A program made the position numbers and the translations under genes. Shown piece by piece: positions 1 to 8,926 of a stretch of 64,000 bases of DNA. Below the pieces are notes generated by a model. It was not told the origin of the DNA. It searched no databases and was given only the letters and a program-made list of their open reading frames with translations. The DNA is taken from NCBI GenBank assembly GCA_963816875.1, contig CAWFMG010000003.1, positions 341,683 to 405,682 on the forward strand, written 5' to 3'. The stretch comes from an uncultured Actinomycetota bacterium (GTDB taxonomy: Bacteria; Actinomycetota; Actinomycetes; Streptomycetales; Streptomycetaceae). Numbering within the stretch: position 1 is the stretch's first letter; each line of letters starts with the position of its first letter.

Positions 1-380
1 GCGACACGTGGCTGGACGCGGTGCCGCTGCCGTTCCTGACGTCCTGGGGCATTCTCGCGCTGACGATGTTCACCGCCGGCATGGTCTTCACCATGTTCAA
101 CACCCTGATCGGGCGGTGGGCGATCCTGCCGACCTGGGGCCTGATGGTGATGATCGGCAGTCCCTCCTCCGGCGGCGCGGTCTCCTGGCCGCTGCTGCCC
201 TCCCCGTTCGGCCTCGTCGGCCGCTACCTCCCGCCCGGCGCCTCGGTCAACGCCCAACACACCGCTATCTACTTCCGCGACGCCCAACACCTCCAGCCCT
301 ACCTGGTCCTCGCCACCTGGTCCCTGGTCTCCTGCGCCATCTTCTTCACCTGGCGCCACCGCCACCCGGGCGGCGGTTGA
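1..380 (+). CDS. C-terminal fragment of a polytopic membrane protein (ABC-2 / YhgE-Pip-like permease end); 5' end outside window
   Basis: Frame of ORF 21..380 is open from the window edge to the stop at 378-380. Hydrophobic spans LTSWGILALTMFTAGMVFTMF, WAILPTWGLMVMIG and LVLATWSLVSCAIFFTW. Family call is from memory only. Confidence 0.5.
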   Translation, partial: DTWLDAVPLPFLTSWGILALTMFTAGMVFTMFNTLIGRWAILPTWGLMVMIGSPSSGGAVSWPLLPSPFGLVGRYLPPGASVNAQHTAIYFRDAQHLQPYLVLATWSLVSCAIFFTWRHRHPGGG

Positions 381-411
381 CGACCCCGCCGGTGTGGGCC
401 TGCCTGCGTCC

Positions 412-1185
412 TCAGCCGGGCTCGTCCGCCGGTGGCGGCGCGTGCCATCCGTCGAACGACGCCAGGGTGCGGGCCCGCGCCTCCACCACCGCCATCCGCG
501 CCTCCCGTTCCCCCGCATGGGCGTGCGCCGGCTGGGACGTCGCCTGGCCCGGCCACTTCCGGTACATCAGGCCCACCTCGGGCGTGAACCACCCCGCGCT
601 CACCGCGTCCAGCGCCAGCAGCAGCCCCGTGTCCTCCGACGCCGGCAGCGCCATCCAGCCGCCCAGCGCGAGCAGCAGATCGCGCCGCACGGCCAGCGTC
701 GCCGGATGCACCTGCGCGCGGAAGTCGTTCGCCCGCCAGTGCGCCAGCACCGCGCCGCGCTCCAGCCGCCCGCCCGGCGGATCGCTGTCGAAACCGACCG
801 TCGAACCGTCCTCGCGCAGGTCGAGCGCGCGCGACGTGGTCCACGCCACCCCCGGCTCCTCCGCCAGCACCCGCAGGTCGCGGGCCAGCGCGCCGGCCGC
901 CAACAGATCGTCCGCGTCGAGCACCTTCACGTACCGGCCCTCGGCCCGCGCCAGCGCCAGCGTCCTGGCCACGCCGGGCCCGCCGGGCCGCCCCTGCCCG
1001 AAGCCGACCCGGGGATCGTCCGGCACCAGCCCCACCACCGCGTCGGTCTCGCCGTCCTCCTGGATCAGCCACTGCCACTCCCAGCCGTCCGGCAGCTCCT
1101 GCCCGCGCAGCGACTCGTAGGCGTCCGACAGGAAACGCGCGCCCGGCGCGTGCACCGCCGTGACGACCGAGATGATCCCGGTCAC
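412..1185 (-). CDS. Family 2 glycosyltransferase (about 257 aa)
   Basis: C-terminal part of ORF 412..1737. GTG at 1185 overlaps the upstream gene's stop (GTGA). Motifs IISVVTAVH and KVLDADD (DxD). About two-thirds identical by eye to the 4810..5577 product. Confidence 0.8.
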   Translation of the reverse strand: MTGIISVVTAVHAPGARFLSDAYESLRGQELPDGWEWQWLIQEDGETDAVVGLVPDDPRVGFGQGRPGGPGVARTLALARAEGRYVKVLDADDLLAAGALARDLRVLAEEPGVAWTTSRALDLREDGSTVGFDSDPPGGRLERGAVLAHWRANDFRAQVHPATLAVRRDLLLALGGWMALPASEDTGLLLALDAVSAGWFTPEVGLMYRKWPGQATSQPAHAHAGEREARMAVVEARARTLASFDGWHAPPPADEPG

Positions 1186-1982
1186 CCGCCGGGCCACCGG
1201 TCCAGCGACGTCACGAACGTCAACTCCGTCCGGTCCCCCGGCAGCAGCACGTCCGCCACCTCCACCACCCGCCCCGTCGTGTCGATCGACGTCTTCCGCA
1301 GCAGCAGCACCGCCATGCCCCGCGACATGTCCAGCGCCTCCGCCTCCTCCCGCCTCGGCGGCCGCGCGGCGATGATCCGCTCCTCCACCCGGTCGATCTC
1401 GATGCCCGCCACCAGCAGCTGGCTGTGCGTGCCGCCGGGCCACGGCTCGTTCTCCGGATCGAACAGCTCGGGGCGATCCGCCAGATGCTCGCGCACCAGC
1501 CGCGAGCGGGAGACGTTGAACGGCGCGCTCTCCTTCGCGTACCTGGTCCGGTACACCCGCTCCAGCAGCGGCGTGCCGACCTGCACCCCGAACGCCTCGG
1601 CCAGGTCCCCGTCGGCGGCCAGCTCGCGGTACTCGGAGCTGAACACCAGATCGCTCATCTCCAGACCGGTGTCGCGCTCGGTCGCCCCGGTCCCGGCGCG
1701 CACGTCCAGCGGCTCCCGCGCGCGGTCCTTCTCCCACTGATGCCGCTCGTTCGACCGGTTCGCCCCGCGCCGCGGCACCCGGACGAACGTGCCGCGCCCG
1801 TGCCGCTTGTCGATCAGCCCCTCCGCGAGCAGCACGTCGAGCGCCTGCCGAATCGTCGGCCCGCCCTTCCCGTACGCCCGCTTCAGCTCCTCCTCCGAGG
1901 GCAGCCGATCCCCCGGCTTCAACTCCCCGGACAGCAATTGCCCCCGCAACTCCCCAGCAATCACCTCATACGCCCTGGCCAT
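1182..1982 (-). CDS. GntR/HutC-family transcriptional regulator (wHTH + UTRA-like C-terminal domain)
   Basis: ORF 1182..1982. N-terminus has LPSEEELKRAYGKGGPTIRQALDVLLAEGLIDKRHGRGTFV. Stop overlaps the GT2 start by 4 nt. Confidence 0.85.
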   Translation of the reverse strand: MARAYEVIAGELRGQLLSGELKPGDRLPSEEELKRAYGKGGPTIRQALDVLLAEGLIDKRHGRGTFVRVPRRGANRSNERHQWEKDRAREPLDVRAGTGATERDTGLEMSDLVFSSEYRELAADGDLAEAFGVQVGTPLLERVYRTRYAKESAPFNVSRSRLVREHLADRPELFDPENEPWPGGTHSQLLVAGIEIDRVEERIIAARPPRREEAEALDMSRGMAVLLLRKTSIDTTGRVVEVADVLLPGDRTELTFVTSLDRWPGG

Positions 1983-2151
1983 CCCCCCACCCTAGGTCCT
2001 CTTGAGGACTCCCGCCCGTTGAGCCTTCCGCGGGGCGTGCGTCATTCACGCAAGCGACGCACATCACCGACCGCGGTCCAGGAGCGCGGCCTCCCCGTTT
2101 CCTCGCCCGGCGGACCGCTCTGACCCGACGGCGTCGCCGACCCCGGGCGGC

Positions 2152-2898
2152 TCAGCGCGCGGCGCGCATCTGCGCGGCCCAGGCCTCGACGCCCTCGAAG
2201 TGCTCGGCCATGGCCCGCCTGGCCCCCTCCGCGTCGCGGGCGCGCAGGGCCGTGACGATGTCCCGGTGCCGGCGGGCGGTGACGGCGGGCGGCGCGTTGT
2301 CGATCCACCCGCGGGCGTCGGCGACCCGGTGACAGACGTCCCAGAAGACGCAGAGGAACTGCGGCACGAGCGTGTTGTCCAGCGACCGGTAGAGCGTCTC
2401 GTGGAAGATCCGGTCCGGTTCGGGGAAACCCTGGCCCGCACGGCCGGCCACCTCCATCCGGGAGACGATCTCGTCCAACGCGTCGAGATCCTCGTCGGTG
2501 ACCGCCTCGCAGACCCGCGCCAGCAGCCCCTCTTCGAGCACCTTCCTGACCTGCAGGATCTCGGCCAGCGCCCGGGCGTCGTCCTCCTGCTGGGCCAGCG
2601 TGCGGAAGGTGAGACCGTCAACGAGCGGATCGAGGGAGGCACGGCCGACATAGGTGCCGTAGCCGTGCCTGATCTCCACGATGTCCAGTGCCTGGAGGGC
2701 CTTGAGCGCCTCGCGCACGGAGTTGCGGCTGACGCCCAGCTGCTCCATGAGACTGGTCTCCGTGGGCATCGGCGCACCGGGCCGTAGCCCTCGGTCGAGG
2801 ATGAGCTGGGTGACCTCCTGCTGCACCTGACTGCTGGCACGCACCCGCCGGGACGCGAGCACCTCGGCCCCCCTCGACTCCTCAGGCATGCGCCACAT
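2152..2898 (-). CDS. GntR/FadR-family transcriptional regulator (wHTH + FCD domain)
   Basis: ORF 2152..2898. Motifs MPTETSLMEQLGVSRNSVREALKALQALDIVEIRHGYGTYV, then a helical FCD-like C-terminus. Start may be an internal Met. Confidence 0.85.
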   Translation of the reverse strand: MWRMPEESRGAEVLASRRVRASSQVQQEVTQLILDRGLRPGAPMPTETSLMEQLGVSRNSVREALKALQALDIVEIRHGYGTYVGRASLDPLVDGLTFRTLAQQEDDARALAEILQVRKVLEEGLLARVCEAVTDEDLDALDEIVSRMEVAGRAGQGFPEPDRIFHETLYRSLDNTLVPQFLCVFWDVCHRVADARGWIDNAPPAVTARRHRDIVTALRARDAEGARRAMAEHFEGVEAWAAQMRAAR

Positions 2899-3024
2899 CG
2901 TACGTCTCCGTGGTCGGCCCCAAGGGATGGTCGTAACGGACAGCGCCGTTGAAACGCGCCACTCTGAACGGGCCTGTCTCGATCACGCCCGCCATCCTCG
3001 CAGCTCGCCGCCCGGCGGCCCGAC

Positions 3025-3999
3025 TTACGGCGTGGGGGTGAAATGCCGGTAGCTCAGCCCGGTGCCGGCCCACGCGACGCGGGAGTCGATCCGCCGGATG
3101 AGCTTGAACTGCGCGGGAACCATGCCCCGGCCGCGCCAGAACGCGTCGCTGACGACGTTCGCCGACGACCACTCGGCGCCGAACGCGCCGAAGCCACGCC
3201 CCGCCGCCCACTCCTCGACGCCGGACAGCAGCGCGGTCCCCACGCCCGCGGAGCGGCACGACTCGGCCACCATTGCGATGCCGATCGTCGCCGCGCCCAC
3301 GTGGCGGCCGTCCGGGCCGGCCTGCATCATGCCCACCAGCCGGCCGCGCTCCTCGGCGACGAGCAGCACGCGGCGGTCGTCGTCCAACGCCGCCAGGAAG
3401 CCGTCCCGAATCGCCCGCAGGTCGACCAGCGCGGGACGCAGCATCGGGGGCTCGGCGTGGAACCGCTGCAACTCCACGGTCAGGTCGAGCAACTGTGCCA
3501 TGTCCTGGGGGCGAGCGCCGCGCAACCGAATCCCCTGCACATCCCGGGGACCGGCTCCGGAGCGGGAGACGGGCCGAAAGCCCTTGATCTGGTCGACTCC
3601 GAAACCGAGTTCGAAAATGCACGTGACCGTGTCCTGGTCGTGCGCCGACACCGCGAGGGTGTGCTCGAACGCGCCGACCCCGGTCAGCTGTCCGGACAGG
3701 GCCGCATACAGGCGCCGATAGACCATCCGTCGGTTCCGCGGCGCGCACGCGTGTTGGAACAGGCGCACGCGCGCCGACGGGTCGCCGGGGAACGTCGGCA
3801 CGGCGGCCGCCATGAATCCGACCACCACGTCGTCCCGCATGGCCGCCACCGCGGGCCCCGATCCCTGCCACCCCGCTATCAGACGGCGGGCCACGCCCAC
3901 ATCCGCCAGGTCCCACCCCCCGGCAGCGTGGGCCTCGGCCAGCAACGCCGCGGCCTGCCCCACGAAACCACGCTCGAACGGAACGATCTCCACGGTCAT
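3025..3999 (-). CDS. GNAT-family N-acetyltransferase (two-lobed, about 324 aa)
   Basis: Plausible part of ORF 3025..4596, starting at ATG 3999 (MTVEIVPFERG). C-terminal lobe has RLVGMMQ...IAMVAESCRSAGVGTALLSGVEEWAAGRGF (acetyl-CoA-binding-like). The upstream 200 aa of the ORF is R/G/A-rich junk. Confidence 0.7.
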   Translation of the reverse strand: MTVEIVPFERGFVGQAAALLAEAHAAGGWDLADVGVARRLIAGWQGSGPAVAAMRDDVVVGFMAAAVPTFPGDPSARVRLFQHACAPRNRRMVYRRLYAALSGQLTGVGAFEHTLAVSAHDQDTVTCIFELGFGVDQIKGFRPVSRSGAGPRDVQGIRLRGARPQDMAQLLDLTVELQRFHAEPPMLRPALVDLRAIRDGFLAALDDDRRVLLVAEERGRLVGMMQAGPDGRHVGAATIGIAMVAESCRSAGVGTALLSGVEEWAAGRGFGAFGAEWSSANVVSDAFWRGRGMVPAQFKLIRRIDSRVAWAGTGLSYRHFTPTP

Positions 4000-4809
4000 G
4001 CCATCCCCCAACCCACCCCGTACGGCGGCCGTCCGACCAGGCACCGCGACAGAGATCGTGGCACAGCGCCCCCAGGGCGCGCCTGGGCCGAAACGGGTCC
4101 TCACTCGCCGAGGGCAGCGGGCCGACCGTCCCCCCAGAGCGTTTCGACGTGCGAGGCGAAGCGGTCGAACATCCCGTCGTCCTGCCGGCGGGCCAGGCGC
4201 AGCAGATCCGATCACGATGACTGCGAGGGTTGACCATGCCGCCTGACCAGAGCGCACACCAGCAGCCCACCCCCGCCACGGTCCAGGTCTGGGGCTCGGG
4301 CTGCCACCTGGCCGGGCCCTGCGCGAACTGGCCGGGCGGCAGAGGGCTGCGCTGGCTGGTCCTCCCACGCGACGACTGCCTGACCGACGCCCGCACGCTG
4401 CACGACGCGTTGAGCACCGCCGTGGCCCATCAACCGGGCCCTCGGTCGGAGCCGAACCGGTGACCACCGTGGTGCTGGCCCCGCGGACCGCCGCGCGGCA
4501 CCTGCCGGATGAGGTGCTACGCGGCTTGGCACGCGTGCTGTGCGATAACCGCATCCCGCCGACATGGCGAGCTGCACGACCGCTGAACGTGGTCACGGAC
4601 CACCACGGTCACGCCTACCGCCTGTTCGCCTGCCGCCCTGAATGCCCCCGTTCGACACCAGCACCGCCACGGTGCGCCGCGTCGCCCAGCGCCTCAGAGC
4701 GTTGCTTGCGGCGAGCACGCTGCCCTGAGCACTGACTTCGTGCGCGCAGCGTCCCGTTCTCCGGGACACCACGCGCACGATCTCCTGCTCCTGTTTGGCC
4801 AGGTGCCGA

Positions 4810-5577
4810 TCAACCGACCCTGGGGCCGTAGCTCCACCCGGTGGCGGCGAGCGCGCTGGCTCTGGCCTCGATGACGGCCATCCGCGCTTCCCACTCGACT
4901 TCCAGCGTGTGCGCGGGCATCTGGGTGCTCTGTCCTGGCCACTTCCGGTAGTGCAGTCCCACCTCAGCCGTGAACCAGCCGCGACTGACGGAATTCAGCG
5001 CGATGAGCAGCCCGGTGTCCTCGGAAGCGGGCAGGGCCATCCATCCCCCGGCCGCAAGCACCAGTTCACGGCGCGCGCAGAGTGTTCCCGGCACGACCGG
5101 AGCCCGGTAGTTGTGCGTGCGCCAGTGCTCGAGTACCGCCCCACGTTCGAGCGGGCCGTCCAGCGGGTCCAGATCGAACCCGACCAGCGAGCCGTTCGGA
5201 AGAAGATCGAGAACCCGGCAGGTGGTCCAGCCGACATCGGCGTTCCGTTCCAGGACCTCGATGTCTCGCGCGAGCGTTCCCGGGGTGAGCATGTCGTCGG
5301 CGTCGAGGACCTTGATGTACTCACCGTCCGCCCGAGCGAGGGAAAGCGTCCGAGTGACCCCGGCTCCGCCTCTCCGCCCCTGTTCGAAACTCACGCGGGG
5401 GTCGTCCGGAACCGCCTCTGCGACGATCTCCGTGTCTCCGTCTTCCTGGATCACCCACTGCCAGTCCCACCCCTCGGGCAGCGTCTGGTCGCACAGTGAC
5501 GTGTAGGCCGCGGCCAGGTGGTGGGCGGCGGGGGCATGGACGGCGGTGATGACAGAAACGACGCCCACGGTCACCAC
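4810..5577 (-). CDS. Family 2 glycosyltransferase, paralogue of 412..1185
   Basis: ORF 4810..5577. VSVITAVHAP, KVLDADD, and colinear similarity to the first GT2 along its full length. Confidence 0.8.
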   Translation of the reverse strand: MVTVGVVSVITAVHAPAAHHLAAAYTSLCDQTLPEGWDWQWVIQEDGDTEIVAEAVPDDPRVSFEQGRRGGAGVTRTLSLARADGEYIKVLDADDMLTPGTLARDIEVLERNADVGWTTCRVLDLLPNGSLVGFDLDPLDGPLERGAVLEHWRTHNYRAPVVPGTLCARRELVLAAGGWMALPASEDTGLLIALNSVSRGWFTAEVGLHYRKWPGQSTQMPAHTLEVEWEARMAVIEARASALAATGWSYGPRVG

Positions 5578-5811
5578 CTCTCCAACCGAGTCGCGACCGT
5601 CCGTTCCATCCGGTCACCGGGGAGCAAGACGTGCACCACCCCCACTACGGCCGGGGACACCAGTACAGGCCTTGCGGAGCTCGGTGATCGTCATGCCGGG
5701 AGACATACCCAGTGCGCGGACTTCCCCTGTGTGGGTTCCACGCGCCCCAATGACCACCATGTGAAGTCGGTCCGGCGGGCCACCGGGGAACGGTTGTCAC
5801 CCCACATGCGA

Positions 5812-5841
5812 ACGTCCCCTCCGTGATCACGGAGGGGACGT
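5812..5841 (-). terminator. Perfect 30-bp palindrome (15-bp arms) just outside attL; likely the native terminator of tRNA-Phe
   Basis: ACGTCCCCTCCGTGA/TCACGGAGGGGACGT. It lies 5 nt beyond the displaced tRNA-Phe 3' segment, in the direction of tRNA transcription. Confidence 0.55.
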
Positions 5842-5846
5842 CTGTA

Positions 5847-5905
5847 CTGGTCACTACCGGTGGCTGGGGCCGGGATCGAACCGGCGACCTTCCGCTTTTC
5901 AGGCG
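5847..5905. repeat. attL: 59-bp direct repeat, a displaced copy of the tRNA-Phe 3' part plus 14 flanking nt
   Basis: Identical base for base to 18444..18502 (checked by eye). Covers the tRNA from the anticodon stem to the 3' end. Confidence 0.9.
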
Positions 5906-5975
5906 CCTGCCGCGCTGCCCGGGTGGCTGGGGCGTTGCCACCGTGGACGCCTGATGACCGCTACTGTCCGCCGGT

Positions 5976-5998
5976 GTTGATGTCAGGGTTGATGTCAG
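5976..5998. repeat. Tandem GTTGATGTCAG x2 (12-bp period) just inside attL
   Basis: gttgatgtcag g gttgatgtcag read directly. The position suits arm-type Int/Xis binding sites (inference). Confidence 0.4.
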
Positions 5999-6035
5999 TC
6001 GGTCGCTGGCGTGTCGCCATCGAAGGCAGCCGTGG

Positions 6036-6845
6036 TCAAGCTGGAGAGCGCCCGATCGCCAGCAGGTGAGAGCTGGCCGCAAGCAGTTCGGGGTACGGCT
6101 CTGCCAGCCGAGCCGCGGTGAGGGCCGACTCGAAGAGCGAGTCACTCGGCATGCTGCCCGACTGCTGCTCCACGGCCTTGAGCAGTGACCAGGCCGGTCC
6201 CTCCACACCGAAGACGCCGACGTCCACAAGTCCCGCTTCCCGCAGTTCCTCGGCAAGTTCCTCGGCACGGTGGAAGTAGGCGATGGTGAACCGGCCGCTT
6301 CCGTCGTGCACCGCCGATTCGAGGATCTTCGACACTGACGCCTGCATGGTCTCCGTGTGGAGATGGGCCAAGGCGGTGTGTTCGAAGATCGAGGCGTAAC
6401 GGTTGATGGCTGCTGCCGCCACCAGGCCAGAGGGCCGAACGACCCGCGCCGCCTCCGTCAGTGCCTGGGCACGGTCTGCCCTGTCCGTGAGGTGATACAG
6501 CGGCCCCAGTAGGTGGACCGCGTCGTAAGTGGCGTCGTCCGCCATCAGGCTTCGAGCGTCCCCCACGACCGCGGTGCAGACCGCGCCCGCCTGTTCGACA
6601 TGGCGAGGGATGGGGTCGACCAGATCGACGCGATACCCGTCCTCGACGAGCCATCGCGCATGGACGCCGGTCCCGCCACCGACGTCCAGCACCCGTGCTG
6701 GAGCGGGCGGCAGGAAGCGACGAAGGAGTTCCTGCGTCCGAAGCATCTCCAGTCGTCCATCCGCAGAGGAGGTCAGACGAGTCCCCTCATCAACGACGTG
6801 TGAGTAGAAGTGTGCGACCTCGGGCGACAGCTCTGGTGACAACAT
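6036..6845 (-). CDS. Class I SAM-dependent methyltransferase (AICE cargo)
   Basis: Plausible part of ORF 6036..7526, starting at ATG 6845 (MLSPELS). Motif I VLDVGGGTGVHARWL, followed by DLVDPIP. Confidence 0.8.
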   Translation of the reverse strand: MLSPELSPEVAHFYSHVVDEGTRLTSSADGRLEMLRTQELLRRFLPPAPARVLDVGGGTGVHARWLVEDGYRVDLVDPIPRHVEQAGAVCTAVVGDARSLMADDATYDAVHLLGPLYHLTDRADRAQALTEAARVVRPSGLVAAAAINRYASIFEHTALAHLHTETMQASVSKILESAVHDGSGRFTIAYFHRAEELAEELREAGLVDVGVFGVEGPAWSLLKAVEQQSGSMPSDSLFESALTAARLAEPYPELLAASSHLLAIGRSPA

Positions 6846-6861
6846 GGGAGCAGTATGATTT

Positions 6862-6881
6862 GTACCGGTGGACCAGTCCAG
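6862..6881. promoter_or_regulatory. Operator-like site 1 in the divergent methyltransferase/GntR intergenic region
   Basis: GTACCGGTGGACCAGTCCAG matches the palindromes at 7645-7666 and 7745-7766 at 18 of 20 positions. Confidence 0.5.
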
Positions 6882-6902
6882 CCCTACCCGCAGCGAGGAA
6901 CT

Positions 6903-7619
6903 ATGGCACTGCTGAAGTACGAGGAGATCGCAGAGTCCCTGCGCTCCCGCATCGCGGCCGGCGAGTTCCCGCCCGGCTCGATCGTTCCGTCTGGCCGCGA
7001 CCTCGCCGAACAGTGGCAGGTCTCCCGGGCCACGGTAGTCAAAGCGATGGACGTCCTGCGAGGCGACGGTGTTGTTGAAGCCAAGCAGGGTGCGGGGTTC
7101 ATCGTGGTCGAAACTCCGATCGGCCGCCCCGCCGGTAACCGGCGATCCGGCGCGACCCGCACGACCGGCGGCATGCCGTTCGCGCGCGTCGGGACGCCCG
7201 ACCGCGCAACACCACCCGCGAGCGTGGCGACAGCACTCGGACTGGCCGCAGACGTGGAGGCGCTGCGCCGAGTCCGTCTGATGCAACTGCCGGACGGCAG
7301 TCCGCACAGCTACGTCGAAGCCTGGTTCCCGTCCGACATTGCCGACCAGGCGCCACGCCTGGAGCAGAACGCACCCATCGCGGAGGGGACCACGAGGTAC
7401 GTCCGACGTCAGACCGGCCGCTTCCCCGTGGAGGGCACCGACGTGACGTCCGTTCGCATGGCCACGGAAGACGAGGCACTGCACCTCCGCCTGTCCGCAC
7501 CCTCCGCCGTGGTCGTTGTCCTCCACACCGCGTACGACCAGGACGGACGAGCTCTGGTCTGCGAGGAAGGCGTCACGCCCGCGTCACTGTGGGAGCTCAA
7601 GGAGACCTATCCGATGTAG
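6903..7619 (+). CDS. GntR/HutC-family regulator (KorSA-like position in the AICE)
   Basis: ORF 6855..7619, trimmed to ATG 6903 (MALLKYEEIAESL). VPSGRDLAEQWQVSRATVVKAMDVLRGDGVVEAKQGAGFIV, then a UTRA-like C-terminus. Confidence 0.85.
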   Translation: MALLKYEEIAESLRSRIAAGEFPPGSIVPSGRDLAEQWQVSRATVVKAMDVLRGDGVVEAKQGAGFIVVETPIGRPAGNRRSGATRTTGGMPFARVGTPDRATPPASVATALGLAADVEALRRVRLMQLPDGSPHSYVEAWFPSDIADQAPRLEQNAPIAEGTTRYVRRQTGRFPVEGTDVTSVRMATEDEALHLRLSAPSAVVVVLHTAYDQDGRALVCEEGVTPASLWELKETYPM

Positions 7620-7642
7620 TCCTCTACACACTCCGTTCGAAG

Positions 7643-7676
7643 AGCTGGACCGGTCCGCCGGTCCAGCTTTTTTCTT
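7643..7676 (+). terminator. Intrinsic terminator of the GntR gene; also operator-like site 2
   Basis: AGCTGGACCGG-TCCG-CCGGTCCAGCT perfect 11-bp stem followed by TTTTTTCT, 24 nt after the stop. Confidence 0.75.
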
Positions 7677-7743
7677 TCCTTCAACGGCTCTCTGAGCTGC
7701 GGAAACTCCAAGCTGCCTCGGCAGGAACTCGCAGACCCACTTG

Positions 7744-7767
7744 ACTGGACCGGTCCACCGGTCCAGT
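7744..7767 (+). promoter_or_regulatory. Operator-like site 3, overlapping a TTGACT -35-like hexamer
   Basis: ACTGGACCGG-TCCA-CCGGTCCAGT, near-identical to site 2. TTGACT at 7741-7746. Upstream of the transfer/spread operon. Confidence 0.5.
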
Positions 7768-8241
7768 CTATGGATGTGGCCGACAGCCACCCGGACCTTC
7801 AAGGCCGGGCGGATCGACCACGTGTAGAGGGCGGGGACGCTGCAATCCCGCTAAAGGCCAGGTGGAACAGGGTTTCGGCCCGTACTGGCGAGGTGGCCCG
7901 GCGACCGCGAGCAACGGCCGGCGAGTGGGGACATCGATCCCCTTTGCAGTGCGTAGCCCTTGTTCGAGCCGCTGAGAGGAGCCCTGATGCGTCAGCGAAG
8001 TACCCGGGCGCTGCCGGTGCTGGACCGGTACGGCAGCTAGGCCCGTCGCGTCATCTCAGGACACACAGCTTGCAGTCGCCTGAGCTGCCCGTGATCGCCG
8101 CTCCCGTCGATACGTCGGCCGGAGCGGCGGTGCGCGGGGGGGATGCAGGACTGCCCCAACTGACATCAACGGCGCGCGGCCCCCGGGGTGCCTCCCGGGG
8201 GCCGCTGTCTGGGCCGTTGCACTTTGAGAGGACCACGACCC

Positions 8242-8502
8242 ATGGAACCCATGCTTGCACTTCAGGCGGTTACCGCCGACCCGTTCGACGGTGAGCCGTC
8301 GGATGCGGAGTTGGACGCGATCGAGCGCGAGATGCCGCTGATCATGGCGGACGTCGAGTTGCTGGACGCGCAGATCATCGCCTTGGACCGCCCCCGGAAT
8401 GAGGTGGACGACCGGCGCATCCGGCGGGCCCGGCGGCGGGTCCTGGCCGCTCGCCGGGAGCTGGCCAACCGTCCCCCGGCCGCTTCGGGGGTGGGGGCGT
8501 GA
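8242..8502 (+). CDS. Small acidic protein (resembles the DUF6284-type proteins of AICE transfer regions; from memory)
   Basis: ORF 8188..8502 trimmed to ATG 8242, preceded by GAGAGGA. DAELDAIEREMPLIMADVELLDAQIIAL. Confidence 0.55.
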   Translation: MEPMLALQAVTADPFDGEPSDAELDAIEREMPLIMADVELLDAQIIALDRPRNEVDDRRIRRARRRVLAARRELANRPPAASGVGA

Positions 8503-8690
8503 GTGAGCGCGCGTATCCGATCCGGCCGGAGCCGGAGGACGACCCGAGGTTCAGTTTCGGGTTGACGCATGACGTGGCCGAGGTGCTGGTCAGGCACGGC
8601 TACCCGCCGGTCACGGCCGGGGCTGACCTGGTCGAGCTTCAGCTGTCGCTGTTCCGGTTCCTGTACGGCCCGAGTGGTGGCGAGCGGTGA
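8499..8690 (+). CDS. Hypothetical small protein (63 aa)
   Basis: ORF 8499..8690. GTGA overlap with the upstream stop. Composition is non-repetitive. Confidence 0.5.
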   Translation: MSERAYPIRPEPEDDPRFSFGLTHDVAEVLVRHGYPPVTAGADLVELQLSLFRFLYGPSGGER

Positions 8691-8926
8691 ACGCGCGTGT
8701 GGCCCGTGTGCGGGCCGGTCTGGTGAGGCTGGCGCTGCTGGTCGGTCTGCTGGTGCTGACTCTCGTGGTGCCGAACGTGGCCGCGGCGCTGGTGTTCGCC
8801 GTGTTCGGCGTTGGTGTCGCGCTGCTGCTGTGGGCGCTGGCTGAGCCGGTCCTGGTGGTGTTCGCCGTCGGCGCCGTGGCGGGTTTCCGCGTGGCCCGGC
8901 GACACCGTTGGAGGTGGGCGACGTGA
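8687..8926 (+). CDS. Small integral membrane protein (Spd-like)
   Basis: ORF 8687..8926. GTGA overlap. Two long hydrophobic spans (LALLVGLLVLTLVVPNVAAALVFAVFGVGVALLLWALA...). Confidence 0.55.
   Translation: MNARVARVRAGLVRLALLVGLLVLTLVVPNVAAALVFAVFGVGVALLLWALAEPVLVVFAVGAVAGFRVARRHRWRWAT

Noticed and set aside
4000-4809. Several 60-120-aa ORFs between the GNAT gene and the second GT2 gene.
   Set aside because: None has a motif, an RBS or a convincing composition. The stretch is left unannotated and may be decayed DNA.
7770-8294. ORF 7770..8294 (+) filling the gap between operator site 3 and the first transfer-operon gene.
   Set aside because: Its composition is R/A/G-rich and non-protein-like. 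The region is better read as a long leader containing a 10-bp-stem hairpin (GGCCCCCGGG-gtgcct-CCCGGGGGCC, 8178-8203).
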